NCBI GenBank assembly: GCA_045105115.1
Contig: JBGCDE010000207.1
Location: 20,290 to 84,289, forward strand
Direction: 5' to 3'
DNA length: 64,000 nt
DNA from: Pseudomonadales bacterium
GTDB lineage: Bacteria > Pseudomonadota > Gammaproteobacteria > Pseudomonadales > JAUIET01
The notes below the pieces were generated by a model. That model was not told the DNA's origin. It saw only the letters and a program-made list of their open reading frames with translations, and did no database searches. A program made the translations under genes and the position numbers. Shown piece by piece: positions 37,661 through 47,647 of the stretch (position 1 is the first letter of the stretch; each line of letters starts with the position of its first letter).

Positions 37661-38812
37661 TCAGTTCATATTCACCTGATACTTCGTCACATAGTCTTTA
37701 AAAAGCGCTTCTACATCAGCTCTGGCAACGCCATAATCTTCCAAACGGTATTCGTGCTTGCCATGGCGACCCTTAGGGTTGTCTTCAAGCCAGCGATGCA
37801 TAGCTGTACGACCCTCTGCACTGATACTTGAACCGGCTGCTGAATAGACTCTTTCCATATCTGGCCAGGGGTCACGAACAAAGTCGTCATGATACACATC
37901 CAGAAACTGGCCTTGGTGACGTGGCTCAAGCTCTGCTCGCGCGGATTCAAACTCTTCGCTGTAAATGCGCATCATCTCCATCCAGTCGCGGCCGATCACG
38001 CGCCGATCGACCTGGTCTGAGTTACCGCTGCGTACCACCTCATTAAAACTGAAACCCGATGCCACAATAGTCATTGGCGCACGATGCGTTTGCACAATGA
38101 TTGCGTCTGGGTGGTTATTGAGAATTGCCCGTACACCCAATTGGTGAAGCGGCGTTTTCATCACCCAGCGACCGGGCTTTTTGAATTGCAGCAACTGCAT
38201 CTGCTTTTTGTGGTACGCATACAGCGGGTCAAAGTTCTGCTGGTAAACCCAACTCGTATAGCTTGGGATGTTATAACTGGATGTGAACTCCACCGACACC
38301 AGGGTTTGATTGAAAAACATGTGGCATTCGTCAGGTGACTCGGCGTCCAGCAAATGTGTTTTCAGAAAGCCCGGCAGAAACTGCTCAGTTAGCTGAACTC
38401 CTTGCCTGGATTGCTCTATTCTTGGGTCGCTGGCATAACTTGCAGTTTCTGCTGGCGGCACCATATCAGCGCCTTCCCACAAACGAATGGTGCGGTTGGC
38501 CGGATCCTCATTCAGCATATGGTGTAACGCCGTAGTACCGGTGCGGGGTAACCCGGCAATGAAGATTGGACGTTCGATACGCTCTTCTAAAACCTCCGGA
38601 TTGACTCCAATGTAGGCTTCAATCTTCAATCGATTCTTCAGAGCGTTTGTAATTGACGCTTGTGCTCGATACACACCAATGTCATTGAGCATGGCTTCAT
38701 TATTGAGCGCATGCACTAATCGATCCAGCGCATCAAGAACATCATCGCCATTAAGGTCTGTCAGTTCGGTATCTTCGCGTGCCTGATTCAGTAAGGACTG
38801 GGCATTAAGCAT
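37661..38812 (-). CDS. Sulfotransferase family protein
   Basis: 383 aa with a PAPS 5'-phosphosulfate-binding loop in IFIAGLPRTGTTALHHML. The overall pattern resembles cytosolic bacterial sulfotransferases. Confidence 0.7.
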   Translation of the reverse strand: MLNAQSLLNQAREDTELTDLNGDDVLDALDRLVHALNNEAMLNDIGVYRAQASITNALKNRLKIEAYIGVNPEVLEERIERPIFIAGLPRTGTTALHHMLNEDPANRTIRLWEGADMVPPAETASYASDPRIEQSRQGVQLTEQFLPGFLKTHLLDAESPDECHMFFNQTLVSVEFTSSYNIPSYTSWVYQQNFDPLYAYHKKQMQLLQFKKPGRWVMKTPLHQLGVRAILNNHPDAIIVQTHRAPMTIVASGFSFNEVVRSGNSDQVDRRVIGRDWMEMMRIYSEEFESARAELEPRHQGQFLDVYHDDFVRDPWPDMERVYSAAGSSISAEGRTAMHRWLEDNPKGRHGKHEYRLEDYGVARADVEALFKDYVTKYQVNMN

Positions 38813-38931
38813 TATTTACAACTAATTGTCGGACTTGGCATTGCATTATACTCAGCCAATCGAGCTCAAGCGTTACCAAACTATTCATGCTGGGCTTGTG
38901 ATGACAATGTACGAATCTTCGGAGAACTTTT

Positions 38932-40416
38932 GTGAGTAAGGACCAAGCATCAGCCATACACCCTGCCAATATTGCTGATATACCTGCGTGGGATTTTGAA
39001 ACCGACGTTGCAATTGTCGGTTATGGCGGCGCCGGCAGCTGCGCCGCGATTGAAGCAAGCGATGCGGGTGCGAAGGTTATGTTGTTCGAAGCCAGTAGCG
39101 ACAGTGGCGGCTCAACAGCTCTATCAAGCGCTGAAATTTATATGGGCGGCAACGGCGGCACACGTGTCCAGCAAGCTTGCGGCTACGACGACTCCAGTGA
39201 AGATATGTTCAATTTCCTGATGGCTTGCCAGGGGCCGCAAGCCGATGAGCCGAAAATAAGAACGTATGTAGACAACAGTCTCGATCACTTCAACTGGCTG
39301 GTAGACAAAGGTGTGCCTTTCAAAGACAGTGAGTACAAAGAGCGCGCTATCATGTCGCTCACTGATGACTGCCTGCTATTCACTGGCAATGAGAAATCCT
39401 GGCCGTTCCGGGAAATCGCCAAGCCTTGTCCCAGAGGCCATAACCTTCACATAGAAGGCGATAATGGTGGCCCCTTATTCATGAAAGTGATGAGTGAAAA
39501 CGTCAGCAAACGAAACATCGACGTTCATTTTGAAAGCCGAGCACTTCGCCTTGTAACTGACGACAACAATGAGATAGTCGGCATCATTATTCGCCAGGAT
39601 AAAAAAGAAAAAGCAGTTCGCGCACGCAAAGGTGTTGTTCTGTGCGCAGGCGGTTTCGTGATGAACGAAGCAATGCTAAAGCGTTACACGCCGTTTCTGC
39701 TTAAAGGTAATGCACCCACGGGCAATCCAGGAGATACAGGCAGCGGAATACTAATGGGTATGGGCGTAGGTGCAGCCGCTATTAATATGCACGAAGGTTT
39801 TGTGTCACTGCCGTTTTATCCACCATCGAGTTTGACCTATGGGATATTTGTGAACGATCGTGGCCAACGCTATATCAGCGAAGACTGTTACCACGGTCGC
39901 GTAGGCTATTACTCGCTTACCCAGGACAGCGATCGGATTTACCTGATATTCAGCGCAGAAGACTTTGAGAGCTACCAGCAAGGCAATTACCTGGGGGCAG
40001 ACATTGCCGGCACTGGCGAGACCATCGAAGAGCTGGAAAGTGAACTGGGATTGTCAGCAGGAAGCCTTAAAGATACGGTCGACTACTACAATAAGCACGC
40101 CGCGGTTGGAGAAGACCCACAATTTAAGAAATCCAAAGAGTGGCTGAAGCCGTTAAGTGCACCGTATGCGGCGCTGGACTGCACGCCAGGCAGAGGCGTA
40201 TTCGTGCCTATGTTTACTCTGGGTGGGCTAGATACACTGCCAAGCGGTGAAGTACTTACCGCCGATGGATCTGTCATTAAAGGCTTGTATGCAGCCGGGC
40301 GGACAACAGCTGGCTTACCGCGCAGAGCGCAAGGTTATGCCAGCGGTATGTCAGTCGGCGACGCGACCTTTTTTGGTCGACTGGCCGGTACTGCGGCCGC
40401 CAGTCGCACTACCTAG
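38932..40416 (+). CDS. FAD-dependent oxidoreductase (3-ketosteroid dehydrogenase / fumarate reductase flavoprotein family)
   Basis: 494 aa with a GTG start. The FAD-binding fold reads DVAIVGYGGAGSCAAIEASDAGAKVMLFEASSDSGGST, and the C-terminal motif is GLYAAGR. Confidence 0.7.
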   Translation: MSKDQASAIHPANIADIPAWDFETDVAIVGYGGAGSCAAIEASDAGAKVMLFEASSDSGGSTALSSAEIYMGGNGGTRVQQACGYDDSSEDMFNFLMACQGPQADEPKIRTYVDNSLDHFNWLVDKGVPFKDSEYKERAIMSLTDDCLLFTGNEKSWPFREIAKPCPRGHNLHIEGDNGGPLFMKVMSENVSKRNIDVHFESRALRLVTDDNNEIVGIIIRQDKKEKAVRARKGVVLCAGGFVMNEAMLKRYTPFLLKGNAPTGNPGDTGSGILMGMGVGAAAINMHEGFVSLPFYPPSSLTYGIFVNDRGQRYISEDCYHGRVGYYSLTQDSDRIYLIFSAEDFESYQQGNYLGADIAGTGETIEELESELGLSAGSLKDTVDYYNKHAAVGEDPQFKKSKEWLKPLSAPYAALDCTPGRGVFVPMFTLGGLDTLPSGEVLTADGSVIKGLYAAGRTTAGLPRRAQGYASGMSVGDATFFGRLAGTAAASRTT

Positions 40417-40434
40417 CGGCCTCTGCAAAGCCTG

Positions 40435-42111
40435 CTAGCGTTGCTTAGATCCTCTGGAGGTTCGTTCCTGGCGCCGCTGTGGTGCGACTTTTTGAACCCT
40501 GGGTTGCGCTCGGCTGGCGCTTGCTTGCCTGGCCGGTGGTGCTGCTCGTTGCTGGCGCACCATTGATGACTGGTTGCGCATTCGCTGTTGCGAGCGGGCT
40601 TGCTGAACAGCCTGTGGCCGCTGTGCAGGTCGTGAAGATCTTGCGCTTGTGTTTCCTGCGCGACTTATGCGGTTAGCATTAGTTCGACGCGGCGTATTCT
40701 CCATACGGCGCGAGGTATTAGCAATACGCGAAGTATTAGCAATAGTTGCAGCGCTTGAGCGAGTGCCGCTAGTGCTTACTATACGGCGATTAGACTCAGT
40801 AGCTACGCGACGTTGCTGACGAGATAGCGCACCATTTCGGGCCGCCGCTCCCCCTTTGAATGCACGCGTATTCATGTCAGGACGCGGCCTCTGATTACGC
40901 TCACCACTACCTTGCCTGTTCGAATTGCCGATTGCAGCAGACGTATCAACTCTGTTGTCACGACGCTCACTTTGGCGTCGTTGGTCGCGACGCTGCTCGA
41001 CTGGTTCTGAAAAATTTCGAACCCTGTTGCCAACTATATAGGAGCCATTGCGGTTATAGCGGTGGCGGTAACGCTCCTGCGATCTATTTGAGTATTCATG
41101 TCGCCGGTCCAAACCGTGTCGACCATACGTGTTGTAACGACGCTGATCGTGTCGCCAGCGCAAACCGCGATAGGGACTGCGCCCGTAATGATTGTAGTTT
41201 CGCGTATACGAGGTATACGGGCGATAGTGACTATAGCGGTAATAACGCTGATACGCGGTGCTGTGATAGGGCTGATAAAACAGATGGCCGTGGTGCCAAT
41301 CCAGTGTGTGGTGTAGCCATCCACCTAACAGAAGACCAACACCGAAATTAACACCTGCATGACTGTGCCCATGCCTATGCGACGTTCGATCACTATGCGA
41401 ATAGACATAATCAGGGTCGTATACTGGCACATGAACATACAGAGGGTCTGCGTGAACAATACGAATGATGGTTTCAGACCCGGTACTGGAACGCTCGCGT
41501 ACGACGTCTTGCTGCTCGCTGTCGTTAAGATGGCCAGCGGCATCAGCTTTCCTGCGCAAGCGCTGGATAGCTTCGAATACGGCATCTGGCTGGGCAAGAA
41601 ACGCATCACCCAATTGCTGGGTCCATTCAATATCCTGGTTCATCTGAGCCAATACATCTGGATAACGGGTAAGCGCTTTAACACTGTCTGACCAATTCTG
41701 CTCATCTCGAACTTCAGAGTTCGGATTGCCCTCACGCCACCGCGCTGCCTGAACAATTTCCAGTGGATACGTTGAAGCCGGCAGCATCTCACTTAGTAAT
41801 ACATCAGGGTGCAAAGCAATAGGTCCTAGCAACAGATCGAGTTGAGAATCGCTGTACAAAGAATCCAGTGGCGGCAAATAAATCTTTTCGCCAATTCGAA
41901 CCGCGCCGGATTCATCGACCTGCGGGTTATTGGTCAATAAAGCACTTACCGACGTACCACAACGCTGGGCAATACCACTCAGCGTATCGCCCGATCTAAC
42001 AGTAAGAGGACTACTGCAATCAGTAGCATTCGCGGCAACGACAAGCGGCGCAAAATTCATCGCGATTAAGGTGGAACTCATCACCACCGTTTTTCGAAGA
42101 AAAGACTTCAT
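40435..42111 (-). CDS. Exported LysM plus DUF3300-like protein with an Arg/His/Tyr-rich low-complexity C-terminal tail
   Basis: The LysM domain reads LTVRSGDTLSGIAQRCGTSVSALLTNNP. The DUF3300-like block reads LDLLLGPIALHPDVLLSEMLPASTYPLEIVQAARW. I prefer the ATG at 42111 (MKSFLRKTVVMSSTLIAMNFAPLVVAANA), which has a signal peptide and a GGAG 7 nt upstream. The track ORF extends to 42276. Confidence 0.7.
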   Translation of the reverse strand: MKSFLRKTVVMSSTLIAMNFAPLVVAANATDCSSPLTVRSGDTLSGIAQRCGTSVSALLTNNPQVDESGAVRIGEKIYLPPLDSLYSDSQLDLLLGPIALHPDVLLSEMLPASTYPLEIVQAARWREGNPNSEVRDEQNWSDSVKALTRYPDVLAQMNQDIEWTQQLGDAFLAQPDAVFEAIQRLRRKADAAGHLNDSEQQDVVRERSSTGSETIIRIVHADPLYVHVPVYDPDYVYSHSDRTSHRHGHSHAGVNFGVGLLLGGWLHHTLDWHHGHLFYQPYHSTAYQRYYRYSHYRPYTSYTRNYNHYGRSPYRGLRWRHDQRRYNTYGRHGLDRRHEYSNRSQERYRHRYNRNGSYIVGNRVRNFSEPVEQRRDQRRQSERRDNRVDTSAAIGNSNRQGSGERNQRPRPDMNTRAFKGGAAARNGALSRQQRRVATESNRRIVSTSGTRSSAATIANTSRIANTSRRMENTPRRTNANRISRAGNTSARSSRPAQRPQAVQQARSQQRMRNQSSMVRQQRAAPPARQASASRAQPRVQKVAPQRRQERTSRGSKQR

Positions 42112-42266
42112 ATTGATACTCCGCGCCCCAAAACTGTTAACTGACACAGCAAACCCCCTGGAAAGCGACTGGAAGGGACACTGCAGCCAGAGTAACACTT
42201 TACTGAGCACCAACTGAACACTTCCTGAACAAGCAGCCGATAAACGCAATAGTCTATACTGCATAA

Positions 42267-43568
42267 ATGATAACAAGCGCTAAAAATCAAACACTTAGGC
42301 TCATTATTACGATTGTATTGCTGAACTCAGGCGTCAGCTTTGCGCAGTCGCAAACGGCCAGTACGCTTTTCGACCGCTACAGCAGCGGGGTCGTTCAGGT
42401 AAGAACTATCGACCTGGCTTCCGGCGACAAAACCAGTATCGGCTCGGGCTTTTCAGTTGACGGTGGCCGTTACGTGGCCACCAACTTTCATGTTGTGTCG
42501 CTGCTGATCCATGCACCCGAAACCTATCGCCTGGAACTGGTGGATGACGAAGGAGAAACGATAGAGGCCACGGTAGCCGCGATCGACGTGATACATGACC
42601 TCGCCTTACTTTCACCTGCAAGAGAGGTAACACGCAGCCTGCGGCTCAGAACAACAACACCGAGCCAGGGAGACCGAATATTCTCGCTTGGTAACCCGCA
42701 AGATCTCGGCATGACCATTATCGAAGGCAATTACAACGGCCTGGTCAAGAAATCACGCTATCAAAAAATTCTGTTTAGTGGCTCACTCAATTCCGGCATG
42801 AGCGGTGGCCCGGCGATTGACTCGCGTGGTCGCGTACTTGGCATCAATGTCTCGAAAGGCGGTGAGCAAATTTCGTTTCTGGTACCCGCCGAACAATTGC
42901 AATTTGTTATAGATAAAGCGCGGCGAGCCAATTTGGGCAGTGACAATTCATCTGAATTTCAGCGTCCTGACTTCGTTGAGCAAATCAGAACAGCACTGTA
43001 TAACGATCAATCTACCTTTTACAGCAAATTGCTGGAAGACGACTGGTCGCTGGAAACCTTTGGCGGCTTGATGCTACCCCAAAAAATAAGCAACACACTG
43101 AAGTGCTGGGGACATACCGTTGAAGACGACGACTTACTGTATGAAAGCTTCCATCAGCATTGCCAGTCTAATGACGCTATCTATATTGATGACAATTTTT
43201 ACACCGGTCAATTCGAATACGATTTTGAATGGCTGGAATCCAATGAACTGAATACGTTCCAGTTTTACAATGCGGTTGAGCGGCGCTTCAGTCACAAATC
43301 ACAGCACAGCGGCAGTGATGAAGAAGACGTCAGCGAATATCAGTGTAATACTGACATAGTGAGCATTGCCGACAGTCGCTGGAAAGTGTCGAGTTGTTTT
43401 CGCGCCTATCAAAGTTATGACGATCTGTATGACGCGCTGCTACTGATGGCAGCACTTGATAGCAATAACACCTCGGCCGTGTTGAAAGCATCAGCAACCG
43501 GAATCAGCCAAAACAGTGCCACCGCCCTGTTTGCCAAATTGATGGGGGCCATCGCATGGAAACCCTGA
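42267..43568 (+). CDS. Exported trypsin-like (S1) serine protease with a ~220-aa unknown Cys-containing C-terminal domain
   Basis: Signal peptide LLNSGVSFAQS. The catalytic triad contexts are ATNFHVV, HDLALL and NSGMSGGPA. No PDZ-like region was recognised. Confidence 0.75.
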   Translation: MITSAKNQTLRLIITIVLLNSGVSFAQSQTASTLFDRYSSGVVQVRTIDLASGDKTSIGSGFSVDGGRYVATNFHVVSLLIHAPETYRLELVDDEGETIEATVAAIDVIHDLALLSPAREVTRSLRLRTTTPSQGDRIFSLGNPQDLGMTIIEGNYNGLVKKSRYQKILFSGSLNSGMSGGPAIDSRGRVLGINVSKGGEQISFLVPAEQLQFVIDKARRANLGSDNSSEFQRPDFVEQIRTALYNDQSTFYSKLLEDDWSLETFGGLMLPQKISNTLKCWGHTVEDDDLLYESFHQHCQSNDAIYIDDNFYTGQFEYDFEWLESNELNTFQFYNAVERRFSHKSQHSGSDEEDVSEYQCNTDIVSIADSRWKVSSCFRAYQSYDDLYDALLLMAALDSNNTSAVLKASATGISQNSATALFAKLMGAIAWKP

Positions 43569-44515
43569 TCATACAGATTGGTCTGAAGCAAGGTCGCAAT
43601 GCCGACATTTACAAACTCAGTGAACGTGAGTTGTATGTGGGCCGCGCCTACAGTAACGATATTGTGCTGACTGATCCATACGTCGCACCTCAACAGTTGC
43701 GAATTTATCGTTACGGAGTTGGTAGTGACGAACTAAGTTGGCATATTAATGTTCTGGACGCAACCAATCCCGTTCTCGTAAACGGCGAACCTGTTGATTC
43801 GGCCACTCAATCTGTGCAGCCCGGCGACTCAATCACCGTTGGCCGTACTACCATGCGCTTGTATTCAGACGAGCATGAAGTAGAACCCACTCGAAAACTT
43901 CTTGTCAGCAGCTGGCTTCATACGGCCGCACAAAACGCCTGGATACCCGTGTGTTTGTTCGCACTTGTTTGCCTGACCGATAGCGTACTCAATTACGGCT
44001 TCGGCAACACGGATGGCGAATGGAAAGAACATGGCATCAGCAGCATCGCGGGTATGGGCTTATTGCTGGGCTGGGCAGGCTTTTGGTCAATTGTCGGCCG
44101 AGTATTGCGACACCAACCGCATTTCAATTATCAGCTGCTAGTCACAACCTTGATCGCCGCTATTGGTCTAACTCAAACACCTATTGAACTCTTTGCAGAG
44201 TTTCTAACAGACAGCTCGCACGTTAGAACCTTCATCGCTTATGCATTTGGTACCGTGTTACTGGCCTACCTGCTGCATTACAACTTATTCTTTGCAACAA
44301 ATATCAAGCATACAGCGGTGTTAGCAATTTGCTTCAGCGTTGGGTTGAGCCTATTGGTATTTTTATTCTCTATGTCAGAAGAGAATGACTTCAGTTCAGC
44401 ACCTGCATACTCAAGCACTCTACTACCACCCGCTGTTAACCCGCGAAATGCAACACCACTGGATGATTATGTAGGCAGCTTTGGCAAAACATTCGCCGAC
44501 AGTCACGAGCAATAG
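43556..44515 (+). CDS. FHA-domain membrane protein (N-terminal FHA domain, about 5 predicted TM helices)
   Basis: FHA pattern ELYVGRAYSNDIVLTDPYVAPQQLRI ... NPVLVNGEPV ... GDSITVGRTTMRLY, followed by hydrophobic helices. It overlaps the protease gene by 13 nt. Confidence 0.7.
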   Translation: METLIIQIGLKQGRNADIYKLSERELYVGRAYSNDIVLTDPYVAPQQLRIYRYGVGSDELSWHINVLDATNPVLVNGEPVDSATQSVQPGDSITVGRTTMRLYSDEHEVEPTRKLLVSSWLHTAAQNAWIPVCLFALVCLTDSVLNYGFGNTDGEWKEHGISSIAGMGLLLGWAGFWSIVGRVLRHQPHFNYQLLVTTLIAAIGLTQTPIELFAEFLTDSSHVRTFIAYAFGTVLLAYLLHYNLFFATNIKHTAVLAICFSVGLSLLVFLFSMSEENDFSSAPAYSSTLLPPAVNPRNATPLDDYVGSFGKTFADSHEQ

Positions 44516-44526
44516 CAAGGGGCGAA

Positions 44527-46413
44527 CTACGCCCCAGCAAGACGCTCAACCCACTGGTCAACAATACGCTGCAACACATTCAATGGTACTGCACCGTATT
44601 TAAGCACTTCATCGTGATAGGCACGGATGTCAAATTTCTCGCCTAACGCTTCGCGAGCATTTTCGCGCAGTTCCAGAATTTTTAACATACCCACTTTGTA
44701 AGCGGTGGCCTGCGATGGCATAACAATATGGCGCTCTACCATTTTAGTAGCATCCCATACACTATTAGGCGTGTTCGTCACGTAATAGTCGATACCTTGT
44801 TCGCGGGTCCATTTTTTAGCATGAATACCGGTATCGACCACCAATCGGCAAGCTCGCCATAATTCCATAGCCAGCCGTCCAAAATCTGAATACGGATCTG
44901 AGTACAGGCCTATTTCCTTTGGAATGAATTCTGAGTACAAGCCCCAACCTTCGGTATAGGCCGTGTATCCGCCGTGCTTACGAAATTTTGGAACGCCATT
45001 GAGCTCTTGAGCAATAGCCAGCTGCATATGGTGACCAGGAATGCCCTCATGGTAGGCCAGCGCCTCCATCTGATACGTTGGCATAGACTTCATGTCGTAG
45101 AGATTGGCGTAATAAATTCCAGGCCGGCTGCCATCTTCCGATGGTCGTTGATAAAACGCCTTACCTGCAGATTGCTCGCGAAATGGTTCTACGGCTTTAA
45201 CAATCAATTCGGCCTTGGGCTTGGTAATAAAAAACTCGTCCAATCGCAACTTCAAGTTGTCGATTAATGCGGTGGCTTCAGTCAAATAACGTTGCTTGCC
45301 TTGCTCAGTTTCAGGGTAGTAAAAGCGCTGGTCATCACGCATAAACTGCATAAATGCGCTTAAGTCGCCATCAAACTCAACCTGATCCTTAATAACGTTC
45401 ATTTCTTCATGAATGCGCGCAACCTCACTGAGTCCAAGCTTATGAATATCTTCCGCGGTCATATCTGTGGTGGTAGTGCGCTTAAGTGCAACGTTGTAAA
45501 AGGCGTCACCTTCCGGCCATTTCCAAACGCCATCATTGGTGTCAGCGCTCTTCTCCAGGGTTTGAAGGTGTTGTACCAAGCCTTCATAAGCTGGCTTAAG
45601 TTCAGTGAGTAGGGCTTTTTCTAATGAGGCAACAAGTGCAGCCTCTTTCTGTTCGGAAACCGCGCCCTTCTTTACCAGTGCGCTGACCTTCGACTTGAAA
45701 TCTGCCAGCAAAGCATTATCTTCTGCGTCGCTTTCAAAAGGCGCGCCTTTGATGATATTCAAGCTGTCACGAATAACGTGAGCAAAAACAAATTTTGGTG
45801 GCGAAATGCCGATAGCGGCACGTTCATCAATTCCATCGCGCATTTGGGCAAAGAAGGCCTTAACAGTCTTGACCCGATTGATATAGGCCTTGGCATCAGC
45901 CAAATCCGTAACCCGATGTTGATTTATCAACAGTGATGGTACCGCACTGTGCGTGCCATGCATTTGCTCAACAGGATAGTTATGCATACGCCATTTGAAA
46001 TCGGCAATGCTGTTCTCAAGATCCTGACGCATCAGCTCAAAACTGAGCGCTTCATTCGGCTCTAAAAGATCTACGTTCAGCGTGTGCAATTCAGCAAGCT
46101 GACGCTTGTGCATTTCCAGCGTTTCGCGCTCATAGGCTTCGCTGAGGTTATCCCATTTATCATTGTCTTGTTGCCGGCCAAGATAAGTCTGATACATTGG
46201 GCTTCGAGCAACAGATTCTTCGAAGAAACGGGCAAACATTTCGTTGGCTTTACTGGCCTCCATCTGCGCATTCGATACTGCACTAGATTCTTGTTCTGCA
46301 GGTGCCTGCGACGCCGTATTCGCGGTATTTTCAGCCCCGCAAGAGGGTAAAATTGACAAGGAAGCAACGACAGCAATCATTGCAGCCCATTTTCTATTCA
46401 ATGCAAAATTCAT
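44527..46413 (-). CDS. DUF885-family lipoprotein (metallopeptidase-like)
   Basis: 628 aa with lipobox LPSC and the motif YHEGIPGHHMQ, which is characteristic of DUF885. Confidence 0.65.
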   Translation of the reverse strand: MNFALNRKWAAMIAVVASLSILPSCGAENTANTASQAPAEQESSAVSNAQMEASKANEMFARFFEESVARSPMYQTYLGRQQDNDKWDNLSEAYERETLEMHKRQLAELHTLNVDLLEPNEALSFELMRQDLENSIADFKWRMHNYPVEQMHGTHSAVPSLLINQHRVTDLADAKAYINRVKTVKAFFAQMRDGIDERAAIGISPPKFVFAHVIRDSLNIIKGAPFESDAEDNALLADFKSKVSALVKKGAVSEQKEAALVASLEKALLTELKPAYEGLVQHLQTLEKSADTNDGVWKWPEGDAFYNVALKRTTTTDMTAEDIHKLGLSEVARIHEEMNVIKDQVEFDGDLSAFMQFMRDDQRFYYPETEQGKQRYLTEATALIDNLKLRLDEFFITKPKAELIVKAVEPFREQSAGKAFYQRPSEDGSRPGIYYANLYDMKSMPTYQMEALAYHEGIPGHHMQLAIAQELNGVPKFRKHGGYTAYTEGWGLYSEFIPKEIGLYSDPYSDFGRLAMELWRACRLVVDTGIHAKKWTREQGIDYYVTNTPNSVWDATKMVERHIVMPSQATAYKVGMLKILELRENAREALGEKFDIRAYHDEVLKYGAVPLNVLQRIVDQWVERLAGA

Positions 46414-46507
46414 GGTAAGAAATCCTTAAGCGCGTATTAGTCGTGAAACGATCGAATTCGTATTTCCCTCAATGAATTACCGCGCAAGCCCGCCGGTTTG
46501 CAGCCGA

Positions 46508-46696
46508 TCATTCGCTGTCGGTAGTGACCCACACAGACGCATGGCCGAAGCCATCGACCGAGACCGTGAGTTCGATAGGGCGACAACACACCTGACAGTC
46601 TTCAATATACTCTTGCTGTTCTACTGAGTCGTCGACCAACACAGTGATGGTTTCTCCGCAGTAAGGGCATTGGGTTCGCTGTTCTAGAAGCTGCAT
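46508..46696 (-). CDS. CPXCG-motif cysteine-rich small protein
   Basis: 62 aa. It carries the CPYCG ... CQVCC pattern and sits 12 bp downstream of the aldo-keto reductase gene. Confidence 0.6.
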   Translation of the reverse strand: MQLLEQRTQCPYCGETITVLVDDSVEQQEYIEDCQVCCRPIELTVSVDGFGHASVWVTTDSE

Positions 46697-46708
46697 GGGG
46701 TATGGGCA

Positions 46709-47635
46709 CTAAAGAGCATTGAACGTATCAAGAATTTTTTGCCGCTGCGCCGCATCTGGCAAAGCACCAAAACCGGCCGCCATATTGTCTCGAACATGCT
46801 TGGGTTTACTGCTTGCGGGTATAACGCAGTTTGCCGCCGGATGGCCGAGAATCCATTTAAGAAACAGCTGCCCCCAGCTTGTGCACTGCAAGTCTTGGGC
46901 GATCGCTGGCAGCGGCTTACCACGGCTGCGCGAAAATAAATCACCACGTTGGTAAGGCCGGTTAATTAAGGTTGCAATACCTTTGTCTCGCGCCATTGGC
47001 AGCAACACCTGCTCGGCTTCCCTGTCCATAATGTTGTAGCTTAACTGAACAAAATCCAGTGGCTCATTGCGCATAATATCAATCAGCTCACTGTGAAATC
47101 GGCCGTGCGATGTTGTGATACCTAGATAGCGAATTTTGCCCTGCTCTTTCCATTCTCTTAGAGTCTTAAGATGTGTCTGCCAGTCTTTAAGATTGTGAAT
47201 CTGCATCAGATCCATAACCGGCGCAGACATCTTACGCATGGAGTCCTGCATTTGTTCAATACCGGCTTGTTCCCCACGGGTCCAAACCTTGGTAGCCGCA
47301 AACAAGTCTCCGGTATTATCTAACTTAGGCAGAAGCTGCCCAACTATGCTTTCTGCGGGTCCATACATTGGTGAAGAGTCTAACAATTGCCCACCTTCGC
47401 TGAAAAAGATGTTCAGCACTTCCAACAATTGTTGCTGAAACTCAGAATCATTCGGATTCACAAACGTTCTCGAGGTGCCCATACCTATCACTGCAAGTCG
47501 TTCACCGCTGGATGGTATCGCTTTTTTAATCGGCAACAGAGTGTCTGCCGCCATTAGTGGCGGGACATTCGCTGCCAGAGCCAATAGTGCTGCACTCTTG
47601 ATAAAATCTCGCCGGTCATTTGAAGTGGGTGACAT
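46709..47635 (-). CDS. Aldo/keto reductase with a twin-arginine (Tat) signal peptide
   Basis: The Tat signal reads NDRRDFIKSAALLALAANVPPLMA. The AKR-like body reads GMGTSRTF ... LLDSSPMYGPAESIVG ... IRYLGITT. Confidence 0.7.
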   Translation of the reverse strand: MSPTSNDRRDFIKSAALLALAANVPPLMAADTLLPIKKAIPSSGERLAVIGMGTSRTFVNPNDSEFQQQLLEVLNIFFSEGGQLLDSSPMYGPAESIVGQLLPKLDNTGDLFAATKVWTRGEQAGIEQMQDSMRKMSAPVMDLMQIHNLKDWQTHLKTLREWKEQGKIRYLGITTSHGRFHSELIDIMRNEPLDFVQLSYNIMDREAEQVLLPMARDKGIATLINRPYQRGDLFSRSRGKPLPAIAQDLQCTSWGQLFLKWILGHPAANCVIPASSKPKHVRDNMAAGFGALPDAAQRQKILDTFNAL

Positions 47636-47647
47636 AATGATTCCTCT

